A stretch of 63,751 bases of DNA, the filler included, from Octopus bimaculoides (lineage: Eukaryota): assembly GCF_001194135.2 (NCBI RefSeq). It is 7 parts of 6 records of this genome, joined end to end, with 100 filler letters (N's around TTAATTAATTAA, not from the genome) between each part and the next. Parts side by side here need not be neighbours in the genome. Positions count along the whole stretch, not along the records: positions 17,148 to 31,518 come from NC_068983.1; positions 31,619 to 51,699 come from NC_068984.1; 5 more parts are not named here. One strand, given 5' to 3'. Position numbers and translations under genes: made by a program. Positions 25,393 through 37,259 of this stretch are shown piece by piece. The notes under the pieces are model-generated. The model did no database searches. It was not told the origin of the DNA and worked only from the letters and a program-made list of their open reading frames with translations. The first letter of the stretch is position 1. Each line of letters starts with the position of its first letter.

Positions 25393-25615
25393 ATTTGACC
25401 GGGTGCTGATACTTTATGAGTCTTGGGCAGATTAGAATCGATGAGAATCATATCAGCACACGTTATAATTGATCGGCCAACAGGAAACTCTGACCCGTGA
25501 GATGAAAAACGGGTGGGGACAGAGGTGGGTAATTTTATGAGAAGGTGCATTTGCTGGAGACAATGAAAGACTATTGATGTAAACGACGCCAGTAATGACT
25601 TCGTAGAAGTCCTGA

Positions 25616-25648
<33 letters not shown>

Positions 25649-27806
25649 AGAAATGAGGGCAGGGAATCGTCAAATTTGTAGTTTAGAATCAGTAGTTCTT
25701 TGACTGCTATTTCTAAATTTTCAGTATGTTGGAGAAGCAACTCAATTGCTAATCCCTTATATTTATGATGATAAATGGTCTTACCGATAAAGTTTTTTTT
25801 CATACTGAACTACTTGGCANNNNNNNNNNNNNNNNNNNNNNNNNNNNNNNNNNNNNNNNNNNNNNNNNNNNNNNNNNNNNNNNNNNNNNNNNNNNNNNNN
25901 NNNNNNNNNNNNNNNNNNNNNNNNNNNNNNNNNNNNNNNNNNNNNNNNNNNNNNNNNNNNNNNNNNNNNNNNNNNNNNNNNNNNNNNNNNNNNNNNNNNN
26001 NNNNNNNNNNNNNNNNNNNNNNNNNNNNNNNNNNNNNNNNNNNNNNNNNNNNNNNNNNNNNNNNNNNNNNNNNNNNNNNNNNNNNNNNNNNNNNNNNNNN
26101 NNNNNNNNNNNNNNNNNNNNNNNNNNNNNNNNNNNNNNNNNNNNNNNNNNNNNNNNNNNNNNNNNNNNNNNNNNNNNNNNNNNNNNNNNNNNNNNNNNNN
26201 NNNNNNNNNNNNNNNNNNNNNNNNNNNNNNNNNNNNNNNNNNNNNNNNNNNNNNNNNNNNNNNNNNNNNNNNNNNNNNNNNNNNNNNNNNNNNNNNNNNN
26301 NNNNNNNNNNNNNNNNNNNNNNNNNNNNNNNNNNNNNNNNNNNNNNNNNNNNNNNNNNNNNNNNNNNNNNNNNNNNNNNNNNNNNNNNNNNNNNNNNNNN
26401 NNNNNNNNNNNNNNNNNNNNNNNNNNNNNNNNNNNNNNNNNNNNNNNNNNNNNNNNNNNNNNNNNNNNNNNNNNNNNNNNNNNNNNNNNNNNNNNNNNNN
26501 NNNNNNNNNNNNNNNNNNNNNNNNNNNNNNATATATAGGTAGAGTGTAAATGTCCAATAAATATGGTTCTCAAAGAAAGAGAGGAGTTGGGGAAGAAATG
26601 TCTTGAATACAAAAGAAGAGACATCAAACGACCGCAGAAGGTTGGACAGCAGTGGAGACAGCAGATGGACTTATAGAAATGGTGAAGAGAGAATTTGAGA
26701 GAGAAGAACTAGAAGTCTTTGTTGCTGATACTTAGTCGAAGAACTGAAAGAGACGAGCGTTTGGGAGTTATATAAATTGGAACACCTTGCAAAGCGAAAT
26801 GTTGTCTAGAGAGCTGAGATAGGAAAGAGATATATGAAAGTATTTCAGAGAAGAGTAATATTTGCGTGAGAGATGGATAGAGAGGGAGGGGGACAGAGAA
26901 AGAGAGAGCGCTTTTGTGTGCATGAGAGGGGAACTAGTAAATATAATTGTATCAAGCCCCCTAAAATATTGTCTATCTAAGAGCACCTCGAAATAAAATT
27001 TTTAGTAAATTAAGTAGTTAGTTATATTGAATCCATGAGTACATAGCTTCTGAAAGAGAGGGGTTTATCCATACAGGGTTTAGACAAAGTAGAACAATCA
27101 GGTTTCTTTTCAAGGCAAATTTTATTTCTTTTTTCACGTTGCCTACATACAAAAGTCAAAATGGCTACGAAAATTCCGAACCGCGCCCTTAGAAAAAATG
27201 CAGAACCAAGAATGTCGTATACAGAACATACACAATATAGAACAAGAAAACATTGTACACAAAGACACACACCTTACAATAAAAAAAAAGAGATTATTAA
27301 TGACGATTCATTTGATAGCACTGCTAGTAATATTACTAAAAATCTATTTTGTCAACAACTTTCGCACACACGTTTGTGGCGCCACACAAAATTTTAAGAC
27401 CATTACAAATAGGATCTGTTTTGTCCGCGTGACAAACTAGGCGGGGACCTTAGATATGGGAAATTTCTTTGAAAAAGGGATGTGAGGAAAACTATGTCAC
27501 GCGAAACGGAGTCTTTCTATCCGAAAAATACATATAACAATGGAGAAACATAAGCTAATTTATCTGTGTGTTTTTAAGAACGATGGAAGCTTCCAGTTAT
27601 TCTTGAAACAGCAAACGTGGTGTTAAAGCTGCCTATCAAAGACGGATATAAGTGGCTCATCATTGAGCGGGTAGATATATTAGAGAGAGAAAATGAACAA
27701 GCAAAACATGTGGTGTCACTATAGAATATTTAAGTTATAATTCAAACATAACTGCAAAGTAGTTACAGTAAATAAGGGATTAAGAGATTAAGAAATAATG
27801 CGTAAA

Positions 27807-27897
27807 GTCTATTACAGCTGTTTCTAGAATAGCTGAGCATGTGGAGCATATGTTGTTGAGCAAATATTTCCACGTAAGCCAACTATACCGTCTTCGG
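27807..27897 (-). ncRNA. Degenerate hammerhead-like motif with extended stem II
   Basis: CCGAAGA-[~66-nt hairpin]-GAAA-CAGCUG-UA; one core substitution and no convincing stem I. Confidence 0.3.
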
Positions 27898-28160
27898 GGT
27901 GAAAGAATTAAGGAATTCCCTTAATGCAGGATGTTGATAGTTATCAGTTCATCGAAGAAATAAGGAATATCCTTAGTGAACGATAAGAGTGGTTAGCAGT
28001 TCCATGATCGAAGAATTCAGGAAATCCATAGTAAAAGAGAATTGCAGCTAGCAGTTCCATTGTTGAAGGATCAAAAAAAATTCCTAGGTAAAGGATTGTA
28101 GTAGCTACGAATATCCTTTACCTAGCATATTCCTTGATCCTTCAACAATGAAACTGCTGG
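27890..28160. repeat. Degenerate ~52-55-bp tandem units ending in an inverted copy (hairpin 28048-28160)
   Basis: Units contain (t)agcagttcca..gaag..aatcc.tag.taaa; arms 28050-28074/28134-28158 and 28084-28096/28113-28125 are complementary. Confidence 0.8.
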
Positions 28161-28211
28161 TATTATATTTTTTACTAGGGATTTTGTTCCTTTCTAAATA
28201 ATAGTAGTATA

Positions 28212-28267
<56 letters not shown>

Positions 28268-28464
28268 CTTTCAGTCATTTGACTGTGGACTGACCTGGAG
28301 TTAAAGCAACAACAATAAGCATTAAAACATATCTGGAATTTAAAAGATAATATAAACAATTATATAAATAGATTATTCTATTATGGGAAACCAGTCCTTC
28401 ATATTTAATTATTCCAGAAGTTTTGACTTGTGTTTCCGCGAAGTATAACATTCTACTACGGTTA

Positions 28465-28627
28465 TTATTATGCTTAACAGCATTTCGTCCGTATATTCTG
28501 AGTTCAAATTCAACCAAAGTCGACTTTGCATTTTCTCCCTTTCGGGATCGATAATATAAGTACCAGTTGATATAATCGACTAGCCCCACCCCACAAAAAA
28601 AAAGGATTACTATTACTATTATTGTTG

Positions 28628-28672
<45 letters not shown>

Positions 28673-29225
28673 CGTTAAGGTTGACTGTGCCTTTCATTAG
28701 TTGAGCACTGGTATCGATGTAATCAAGTTAGTCCCTCCCTCGAAATTGCTGGCCTTGTGCCAAAATTTGAAATCCTCATCAAGATAGCGTGCTGGCAAAA
28801 TCGTTAGCACGCCGCAACAAAATGCTTAACGGCATTTCGAGTCTTTGCTTAAGTTGGATAACGGCAATGGACAGGCATGAAGCTATTTGTTCATGCTTTT
28901 AGCTCAAATAACGTCGGGTGATCTTTGCTCTCATTCTTCTGGAATCAACTGGACCCTTTCGCAAAAATTTCAGGCCTTGTGCCTATAGTAGAAAGAATTA
29001 TTAATCAGGTGGCGAGCTGGCAGAAACGTTAGCACGCCGGGCGAAATGCTTTGCGGTATTTCGTCCGTCTTTACGTTCTGAGTTCAAATTCTGCCGAGGT
29101 CGACTTTGCCTTTCATCCTTTCGGGGTCGATAAAATAAGTACCAGATGAGCACTGGGTTGGTGTAATCGACTTATCTTCTTCCCCAAACTTGCTGGTCTT
29201 ATGCTTTTAGTAGAAAGGATTATCA
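28465..29225 (+). mobile_element. Cluster of four same-orientation SINE family A copies or fragments, partly separated by (ATT)n
   Basis: Repeated family A motifs at ~28465-28600, 28665-28775, 28780-28995 and 29006-29225. Confidence 0.85.
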
Positions 29226-29772
29226 TTATTGTTGTTGTTGCTGTTGATGTAATTTTAAACAAAAGAGTAGAATTGGTTAACTCTTACAGATAATACCATC
29301 GCTATTTATTGAGAAATTTCTATCTGCCAACAAGGCAAAATAATTTATTTCCTACATAATGGATTCGTCCAAAACTGAAAGATGGTCATACATTTGAGAA
29401 ACACATTCATTTATTCTTCAACACAAAAACTTCACTAACAATAAGCTACTTCCTTGCTTACAAGAATACACATGACATTGAAGACATTAAAACTTCAAGT
29501 GTTTTCGCATGTGCAAAGGGGAAAATAGCACGTGTTCGGCACGTGACAATTGAGTAGAAGTATGTGATGTTTTCTAACGTTTTTCCAGCAAACAATCCGA
29601 TTTCGTTGTGCTCGCAAATATTTTTCTTCCCAACTTCAGTCGCTTGAAGAGTTGATAACGTGAAACACAGACTTTCAATTCAAAAACATCTCCATCTTCT
29701 TATACAAATATAAAAATTAAACTAAATATATTTGGTCTTTTGAGAGTGTTTGCAAGTACAAAACTTCACGAA

Positions 29773-29828
<56 letters not shown>

Positions 29829-30830
29829 CACGCACAGGTGTTGTATGTGCTTGTGTATATGTATGAGAGGGACTTCGTTTATCTACTATGTTAAGTAATA
29901 CATAAATTAAATGGGGTTTTTTTATAGTGTAAAATCTACATAAAGTAGTTTCTAAATGCAGTGGAAGAAAGCATGAGGAAATATAATTTGGAGGAATAAA
30001 CTAATACTCTAGTATGGCCATAGCTAATAATATGGGCGAAGTAGAACGAAAAATAAAGTAGTCTTTCAACAAAATGATGACGCAGCTATTGCCTGTATTT
30101 CCGGGGCGACGATCTTGTCTGTTTTAGGTTTTCTATTTTGGGAATGTAATTATTACGAGGTAATATTCATAATGAAAGTCTATGTTTACCGTCAGATATT
30201 TTCACAAATTTGAAGCGGTTATTTGCAATCTCTCAGATATTATTAGTGATGTGAGCTAACCATCAGCAAGGCCGAATGGTTGAGAAGTTCACTTCGTAAT
30301 TATGACGTGCCAGGTTCGATCCAGAGTGTGACAACTTCAGTAAGTGTTCAAGTCTTGCGAGTGAAATCGGGTAGATGGGAAACTGTACTGAAGCTTATCA
30401 GAGGGACTGTACTTGAAAGCAAAAATTTAAGTTGTTTGTCACACCGTATCATGTTGATTCTACTTGAGATTTACATTAAGAATACAAGTGACTATATGAT
30501 ACTCAGCTCCTCCATTGGTTTTATACAATGTATTGAAATTATTATTTATGTAGTTAATAAATTGAATATTTATGTCTGTGGTTGTTGATTTTTATACTTA
30601 GTTGTAACTCAGAACATATAGATTAAATGTTGTTTTGGTTATTATTAATTATATAAATGTTATATAAATATCATTAATAATAATTAATCTTAAATAACTT
30701 TAAATTAATTGTTTTTGATTATAAAATAAATTTATTAAATTTTATGATGTAATTAATAGTGGTTAAATTTATTGTTTTGGTGTTTTTAAAAGATATATAT
30801 ATATTTAATTCTATGAATAGTTACGTCAGT

Positions 30831-31150
30831 TGAAGGCGCGTGGCTTAGTGGTTAGGGTATTTGGGTCACACTCGTAAGGCCATGATTTCGATTCCCGGCA
30901 ACGCGTTGTGTCTTTGAGCAAGACACTTTATTCCACGTTCCTCCAGTCTACTCAGCTGGCAATAATGATTAGTACCTGTTTTTCAAAGGGCCGGCCTTGT
31001 CACATTCTGTATCACACTGAATCTCCCTGAGGACTACGCTACAGGCACGTGTCTGTGGAGCGCTCAGCCACTTGCTCGTTAATTTAACGAGTAGGCTGTT
31101 CCGTTGACAGGATCAATTGGAACCATCATCGTCGTAACCGACGGAGTGCC
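30831..31150 (+). mobile_element. SINE family B (related subfamily), near full-length
   Basis: tgaaggcgcgtggcttagtggttaggg...ttcgattcccggc head; body gtgtctgtggagcgctcagccacttg; ends cgacggagtgcc. Confidence 0.88.
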
Positions 31151-31618
31151 AGAGAAAGGTTAGTTGAGAAAGCAACTGAACACTCATCATCGAAAGTGAC
31201 GAAGGTCCATTTATATTCAAGAATATATATATAAAAAAATAACAGCCTAAAAATATAAATAAAATTATTTACTAAAATATCAGGAGTAAATAATATATTA
31301 TTTGGGCTGGGACAAGTGTCTTCAACTTTAGCTCCGGGTCGTCCACAGTTTTGTGAGACGATTTGGTTGACAGAAACAGAACGAAGCCCGTTGTGCGCGC
31401 GCGCGCGTCTCTCTCTATCTCTCTCTCTCTCTCTCTACGTTTGTGTGTGTTTATACAGTATGTATATATATATATATATGTTTACATATATGTATATGTA
31501 TACATACAGTATATATATNNNNNNNNNNNNNNNNNNNNNNNNNNNNNNNNNNNNNNNNNNNNTTAATTAATTAANNNNNNNNNNNNNNNNNNNNNNNNNN
31601 NNNNNNNNNNNNNNNNNN

Positions 31619-32177
31619 TTCAACTGTTCATCGTCATCTTCAACAACTTGGAAAGGTTCCTAAACTTGGAAAATGGGTGCCTTATGAATTGTCCGAAAGC
31701 AACCGCAAATACTGAGTTGACATCTGCTCTTCTCTCCATTCTTGTGAACTCATTTCACCCTTTTTGGATAGACTTGTGACGAAAAGTGGATCTTCTATCG
31801 AAATGTTAAACGTCGTAAACAGTGGTTTGGTAAAAGGGAAAACGCTGAACCACAACCGAAAAGGGAACTTCATGGGAAAAAGGTTCTTCTCTCTATCTGG
31901 TGGGATTGCAAAGGGGTAATTCACTTTGAAATGTTACCACCAAATGCAACAATCAATGCTCAAGTCTACTGTCAGTAATTAGAGCGTTTGAACCAAGATT
32001 AGAAGAAAAAAGACGCGCTTTAGTGAATCGAAAAGAAGTGATGTTTCGTCAGGACAATGCGCGACCCCACACTGCAAAGATCACATCACAGAAGATCGAA
32101 GAGCTTGGTTGGGAAAAAAATTCTCATCACCTTATTCTCCCGACCTTGCTCATTCAGACTACCATTTGTTTCGTAGT
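31619..32177 (+). pseudogene. mariner (DD34D-type) transposase fragment
   Basis: GKWVPYEL, EKWIFY, KVLLSIWWDCKGVIHFEML, FRQDNARPHTAK, YSPDLAHSDYHLFRS; contains stops and frameshifts; bounded by gaps. Confidence 0.92.
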
Positions 32178-32639
32178 NNNNNNNNNNNNNNNNNNNNNNN
32201 NNNNNNNNNNNNNNNNNNNNNNNNNNNNNNNNNNNNNNNNNNNNNNNNNNNNNNNNNNNNNNNNNNNNNNNNNNNNNTTCGTGTGCAAGATTCTTGATGT
32301 GGATACGTGTGTTGAAAGAAATATATACTGTCCTTCCTATAAATTGTATATAAATTATACACTTATTCCAAGAACACATACTTAAATTTTATGTATCTTC
32401 CATGAAATGTGGATGTATTTGCACTTTCAAAGAGTCTCTGTCCCGTGTTATAAACCCCATTGGGAGCGAGGAGTTAAATGATATTGTAAGTTGGTGAAAT
32501 TTATGGAAATCGTTTTTATTTAGTACGTAGTAATTATACTGTTATTTTCATTGAAATCGGAGGTGTTTGAAATTTCACAGGGGGTGTTTGCCCCCTTTAA
32601 ACCTCGTAATCGAAATGGAAACTAAATTTTATGTAGCTC

Positions 32640-32780
32640 AATTTTATGTTGCTCATTGTTTTTCTCGTAAAATTTTACATGAGAACACATACTTTGTTTT
32701 TATGCATCTTCTATTCCCTTTCGTCCTATAGATGTACAGACACAGAGACACACAGACATCGATTCTAATTTAATTAAATT
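32640..32780 (-). mobile_element. Fragment of the Helitron-like repeat also present at 63460-63751
   Basis: tttgtttttatgcatcttctattccctttcgtcctatagatgtacagacac is the reverse complement of 63489-63541. Confidence 0.6.
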
Positions 32781-33384
32781 CTATGTTTTTGTGCAGCTGA
32801 GGGTTGCTCTGAATTTTCAATTGATGTAATGATTGCATTGTTCAATTAAATGGAGTTGCATGAAACGACCGTACTGCATTACCTCTGGATATCCTTGTTG
32901 CTTATTTTGATATATATATATATATATANNNNNNNNNNNNNNNNNNNNNNNNNNNNNNNNNNNNNNNNNNNNNNNNNNNNNNNNNNNNNNNNNNNNNNNN
33001 NNNNNNNNNNNNNNNNNNNNNNNNNNNNNNNNNNNNNNNNNNNNNNNNNNNNNNNNNNNNNNNNNNNNNNNNNNNNNNNNNNNNNNNNNNNNNNNNNNNN
33101 NNNNNNNNNNNNNNNNNNNNNNNNNNNNNNNNNNNNNNNNNNNNNNNNNNNNNNNNNNNNNNNNNNNNNNNNNNNNNNNNNNNNNNNNNNNNNNNNNNNN
33201 NNNNNNNNNNNNNNNNNNNNNNNNNNNNNNNNTTTAACTTGGTATCTCTACCTATAAAACGGGTGTGATATCCTGTTTTTTTGTGTGATTTTTGCTACCC
33301 ATGGTAACTATTAACATATTTACATTGTCAAGGTTTTTTAAACCGAGATAATATTAAGAAATACATAAACTAATATATATAAAT

Positions 33385-33425
33385 CTATGTATGTATGTAT
33401 GTATGTATGTATGTATGTATGTATG

Positions 33426-33496
<71 letters not shown>

Positions 33497-33522
33497 AGCT
33501 AGCTATCTAGCTAGCTAACTAA
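33385..33522. repeat. Compound microsatellite (TATG)n-(TC)n-(TCTA)n-(GCTA)n
   Basis: Direct observation. Confidence 0.95.
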
Positions 33523-33619
33523 GTAATATAGATATCCCTCCCAAACATAGTATCCCTTCCAAACATAAAAGTACTTAAAAGAATCAAAAAGTATCAACTA
33601 GATAATGCCAGGAAGATAA

Positions 33620-33960
33620 CAGTTTACTCAATGCAAACGCCCTTAGCGTCCACCACGACCTGAAGACAGCTCCAGAATCTGGCCGATGTGTTCCACACTG
33701 CGTCCCTGAGAAGATCTTCGAATACCTCCTTCATCTTGGCCTCGAGCTCGATCTTGGTGTTGCAAGCAAAATGATTGGTGTAGTTCTCTATCGTGTCTCA
33801 CACAGTAATCCATGGGATTACAATTAGGGGAATTAGAAGACTTGAAATTGGGGCTGGTGAGGTGTTCTCCATGTCAGCTAGCTTTTTCCTCAGCTACAAC
33901 TTAATTCTTTATGCTCTCCAACGCCGTTGACAGTTCACCAATACACTTAGCTGTTCATGA
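33620..33960 (-). mobile_element. DD37D (maT)-type transposon, internally deleted copy
   Basis: Minus strand NSPNCNPMDY...CNTKIELEAKMKEVFEDLLRDAVWNTSARFWSCLQVVVDAKG; both segments align to 58600-59340. Confidence 0.8.
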
Positions 33961-34242
33961 AAAGGGAGACAAAATATCATGAAATTCAGCCCAAATACCC
34001 AGTATATATGTATATATGCATATATCTCTGTGTGACTTTGGCTGATGCTTGCCTCCTACTACCGCTTAAAAACCGGTGTTGATTTGTTTACGTTTCCGTA
34101 ACTTAGCGATTCATCAAAAAGTTACTGATAGAATAAGTACACGTTTAAAAACAAATATTGGGGGTAGATTTGTTTGACTAAACCCTTCAAGGTAGTGCTT
34201 CATCATGATGGCAGTCCAAAGAATAAAACAAGTAAGAGGTTT

Positions 34243-34625
34243 GTGGTAAGTAGCTTGCTTACCAACCACATGGTTCCGGGTTCAGTCCCACTGCGTGGCA
34301 CCTTGGGTAAGTGTCTTCTACTATAGCCTCAGGCCGACCAAAGCCTTGTGAGTGGATTTGGTAGACGGAAACTGAAAGAAGCCCGTTGTATACACACACA
34401 CACACATATATATATACTTATATGTTTGTTTGTCAATGTTTGTCGCCCATTAACGCTTGATAACCGATGTTGGTGTGTTTACGTCCCCGTAACTAAGCGG
34501 TTCAGCAAAATAGACCGATAGAATAAGTACTAAGCTTACAAAAAATAAATCCTGGGGTCGATTTGTTCGACTAAAAGCGGTGCTCCAGCATGGCCGCAGT
34601 CAAATGACTGAAACAAATAAAAGAT
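34243..34625 (+). mobile_element. Full-length SINE family C with internal (CA)/(TA) microsatellite
   Basis: tRNA-like head gtggtaagtagcttgcttaccaaccacatggttccgggttcagtccc; microsatellite at ~34390-34420; tail gcggtgctccagcatggccgcagtcaaatgactgaaac. A further 3' half lies at ~34040-34235. Confidence 0.88.
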
Positions 34626-34653
34626 ACTATTTTATTAAAGCTGAAAAAGTTTT

Positions 34654-34702
34654 CACAAATTATTCCTCAGAGTTTCACGTGACCGTTCGTCAGACAATTG
34701 TG
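34654..34702 (-). ncRNA. Minimal type I hammerhead ribozyme motif with a mutated cleavage triplet
   Basis: CACAAUUGU-CUGACGA-ACG-GUCA-CGU-GAAA-CUCUGAG-GA-AUAAUUUGUG; 9-bp stem I, 3-bp stem II, near-palindromic stem III; GGA instead of GUA. Confidence 0.7.
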
Positions 34703-35559
34703 ATAATATGGAATAATTAATTATGTGGGTATATGTAATATGATTTAGCCTTTAGCGGATGCAGTTCAACGAATAGGTATTGCAATTTGATGAGGTGACT
34801 AATTTCAAAAACAACGGTTTATAATTGGCTGTTAGTGGGAGCTGACCTCAGCAGAGAAATAAATATAAACAATAGCTCAATCTAAAAAAAAAAAAAAACT
34901 TTTGTAAAAGGGAATAAACAAAATAACAGAATAAAATAGACTACATCAAGAAATAGGAACTGCAAATGATTAAAAGGAATATAATAGAAGACAAAAAGAG
35001 GTACGTAAAACTGAAATTCGAACTAAAAGATTAAAAGCTTTCATTGAGAATAAAATAAGTAAACAAGCAAAAAATACAACAAATGAAAAGAAAAGAGAAA
35101 AAAGTAATAATGATAATGATGATGATATAGGAAGAAGAACAACAGCAAAAACAACAACAAGATTAAGAACAACAATAACAACAACCACAACAACAAGAAA
35201 ACCAAAAACCAAGAAAAGACCATCACTGCTACCCACTCCGCCATATACACAACTGATGAAACAGCTCTACCAACAAATGAAAAAGCACCAGCAACCAACA
35301 AGCCAGCCCAACCAAACGACACCACTATCAGCGCCACCAAAAACAGAAACAACACCATCACCACCACCACCAACAACAACTCCAAAGGGAGAAGAGAAAA
35401 AAAAGGACTCATACCCCACCCCCAAAACCCATACACCACATCCCAACTGTCACCAACGAACACCAACACCAACAACAAAATCTCACTTACACACTCAGAA
35501 ATGGACCCCAAAACCCTTCCCCTCCCACTTTCTGATTCCTCCGACATGTCTCCGCTTTT

Positions 35560-36660
35560 TGTGGAAGAGAAGCGTTCCGATGGTTAGGCGATCCATTTGC
35601 TATCAACACTCGCTAGATGGAGGCTGGGCATGCCGTGGTTGGTGATGCACAGACATGCGTTGAGACTGCGACATCTCCGGTGCTTCATAGACGACGGTGA
35701 ACAGGTGTGGTCGCCCTTTGTGAGGCGCGCTTTCCCGCAGCTCATCTCTTTGACCTAACTGCAGTCGTGGATCAAACAGAGACCGAAGTTAGGCGAATGG
35801 CACCGCGAGTGTTGCCTTGCTCTCAAGCAACTCTGCAGTCCGGGACCAATTAAAGCAGAATCGGTTGGGTATAGTAAGGCTCTAGCGATAGATCGAAATA
35901 GAATAGAGGGAGACCTAGTTAAGAAATTAGAAGAAGCACATAGAAGTAGCATCGTTTCCAACGTGCTGGCGGCGAGATTGGCCAACACTTCACCAAACAC
36001 GAAGGATGTGTGTCAGAGCTCGGATGCGTGCTCTGAGGAACGAAGCAGTTGGAGTTGCCCGAGAGGCCCAAGTGGCGGAGGCGCAACGTGGCAACAAAGC
36101 CACCATTAGATCTCTGACAGATGCGCGAATTACTGAAGCCCGAAAGAATGTGTGAGGTCTCTCAACAGACCTTTGCCCGACTGTTCGGGACAACTGGTGT
36201 CTCAGAACGGAGGGTGGATTTCAATGCCTACCTGCATAATCTGCCACGACTCTCGACAAGAGAGGCGAAGTGTTGTGAAAGACCTATCACAGCCGGGGAC
36301 GAACGGAATGCGATGGCAGGCTGCGCGAGAGACAAGTCACCAGCTCTATTGTCATATACCAGACATGTTTGGAGGCGTCTTAGTAGCAGTCTACTGCAAC
36401 TGGTAGCAAAACAGGAGGATCCCCAGTTTTGTGAAGCGAGGAGCGGTGGCAATGCTAAAGAAAGATCAAAACAAGGGGAACATCATAGATAACTTCAGGC
36501 CCATCACTCTGCTCAACGCAAATTTGAAGATTTTGACCAGGGTGCTAGCCGAGAGGTTGGCGCTTGTTATGGAGAAACTGGTCAACATGGCGCAAACATG
36601 GTAAACGAACCCGAGAAAATGTGTGAGGCCTTTCGGGAGTACTTCGCCCAGCTGTTTTTT
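35560..36660 (+). mobile_element. L1/Tx1-clade ORF2 fragment (EN-RT linker to start of RT), frameshifted
   Basis: LLKPERMCE..FARLFG, IDNFRPITLLNANLKILTRVLAERLALVMEKLVNMAQT (cf. N.RPI.LLN.D.KI..K.LA.RL...L..LI...QT). Confidence 0.85.
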
Positions 36661-37180
36661 CTTCTCTGACAATAAAATCTCCTCTGGGGGCTGAACCTTG
36701 ACAACGCCGTCTTGAACCGTCATCATGTCCTTGTACTTCAACAAATCACTTTTATTTGTCGACAGTTGGCGAGTTCTATCTCCAGCTGCAGACGCAAAAC
36801 TTCTTTTCTGTTTGCCTTCCTCCGTTTGAAGGCTTTTCACCTCGATGTTCCTCCTTGCAACGGGAGTCCTTGACAATAATTGGAATTCATTTTCAGACGA
36901 ATCTGAAACATCTTTCAATAAATTTTTTCAACTTTTTTAGCATCTAAATCTGTCGAATCCTCGTCAGACGAAGACAAACTTTTTGACATCTTGCCAGCAA
37001 TTAATGTTTTCCCCTACAGGGAAAAACACACAATAGTTTTTCGAATAAACACTATTATACAAATTTAACACAGGTACAGCAAATACAACAGGCAACACGG
37101 AAACAGAAACTACACTTACTATACAGACGCACTTCAGCAATAATACTTCCAACTCACAGAGACGAAATACCAATTTCTTT
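36660..37180 (-). mobile_element. 5' UTR and N-terminal ORF1 fragment of an L1/Tx1-like element
   Basis: SFASAAGDRTRQLSTNKSDLLKYKDMMTVQDGVVKVQPPEEILL is homologous to FSLAAGGGTRLLSTNKCDFLKYSEMMQINDNVVKIQPPEQLL in ORF 38360-39148. Confidence 0.7.
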
Positions 37181-37259
37181 ATTGCCCATCGGGGGCTAAA
37201 CATAGAAATGGACACAACAACTGATGGGATCAGTAAATCAGTATGATTGTACATAAAAT

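Noticed and set aside
27890-28160. Regularly spaced repeats considered as a CRISPR-like array
   Set aside because: Units are degenerate and contiguous with no unique spacers, there are no cas genes, and the context is eukaryotic.
35041-35645. Long hydrophobic (minus) and P/T/Q-rich (plus) ORFs
   Set aside because: They arise from an A/C-rich low-complexity tract next to LINE fragments; no evidence for a membrane or mucin-like host gene.
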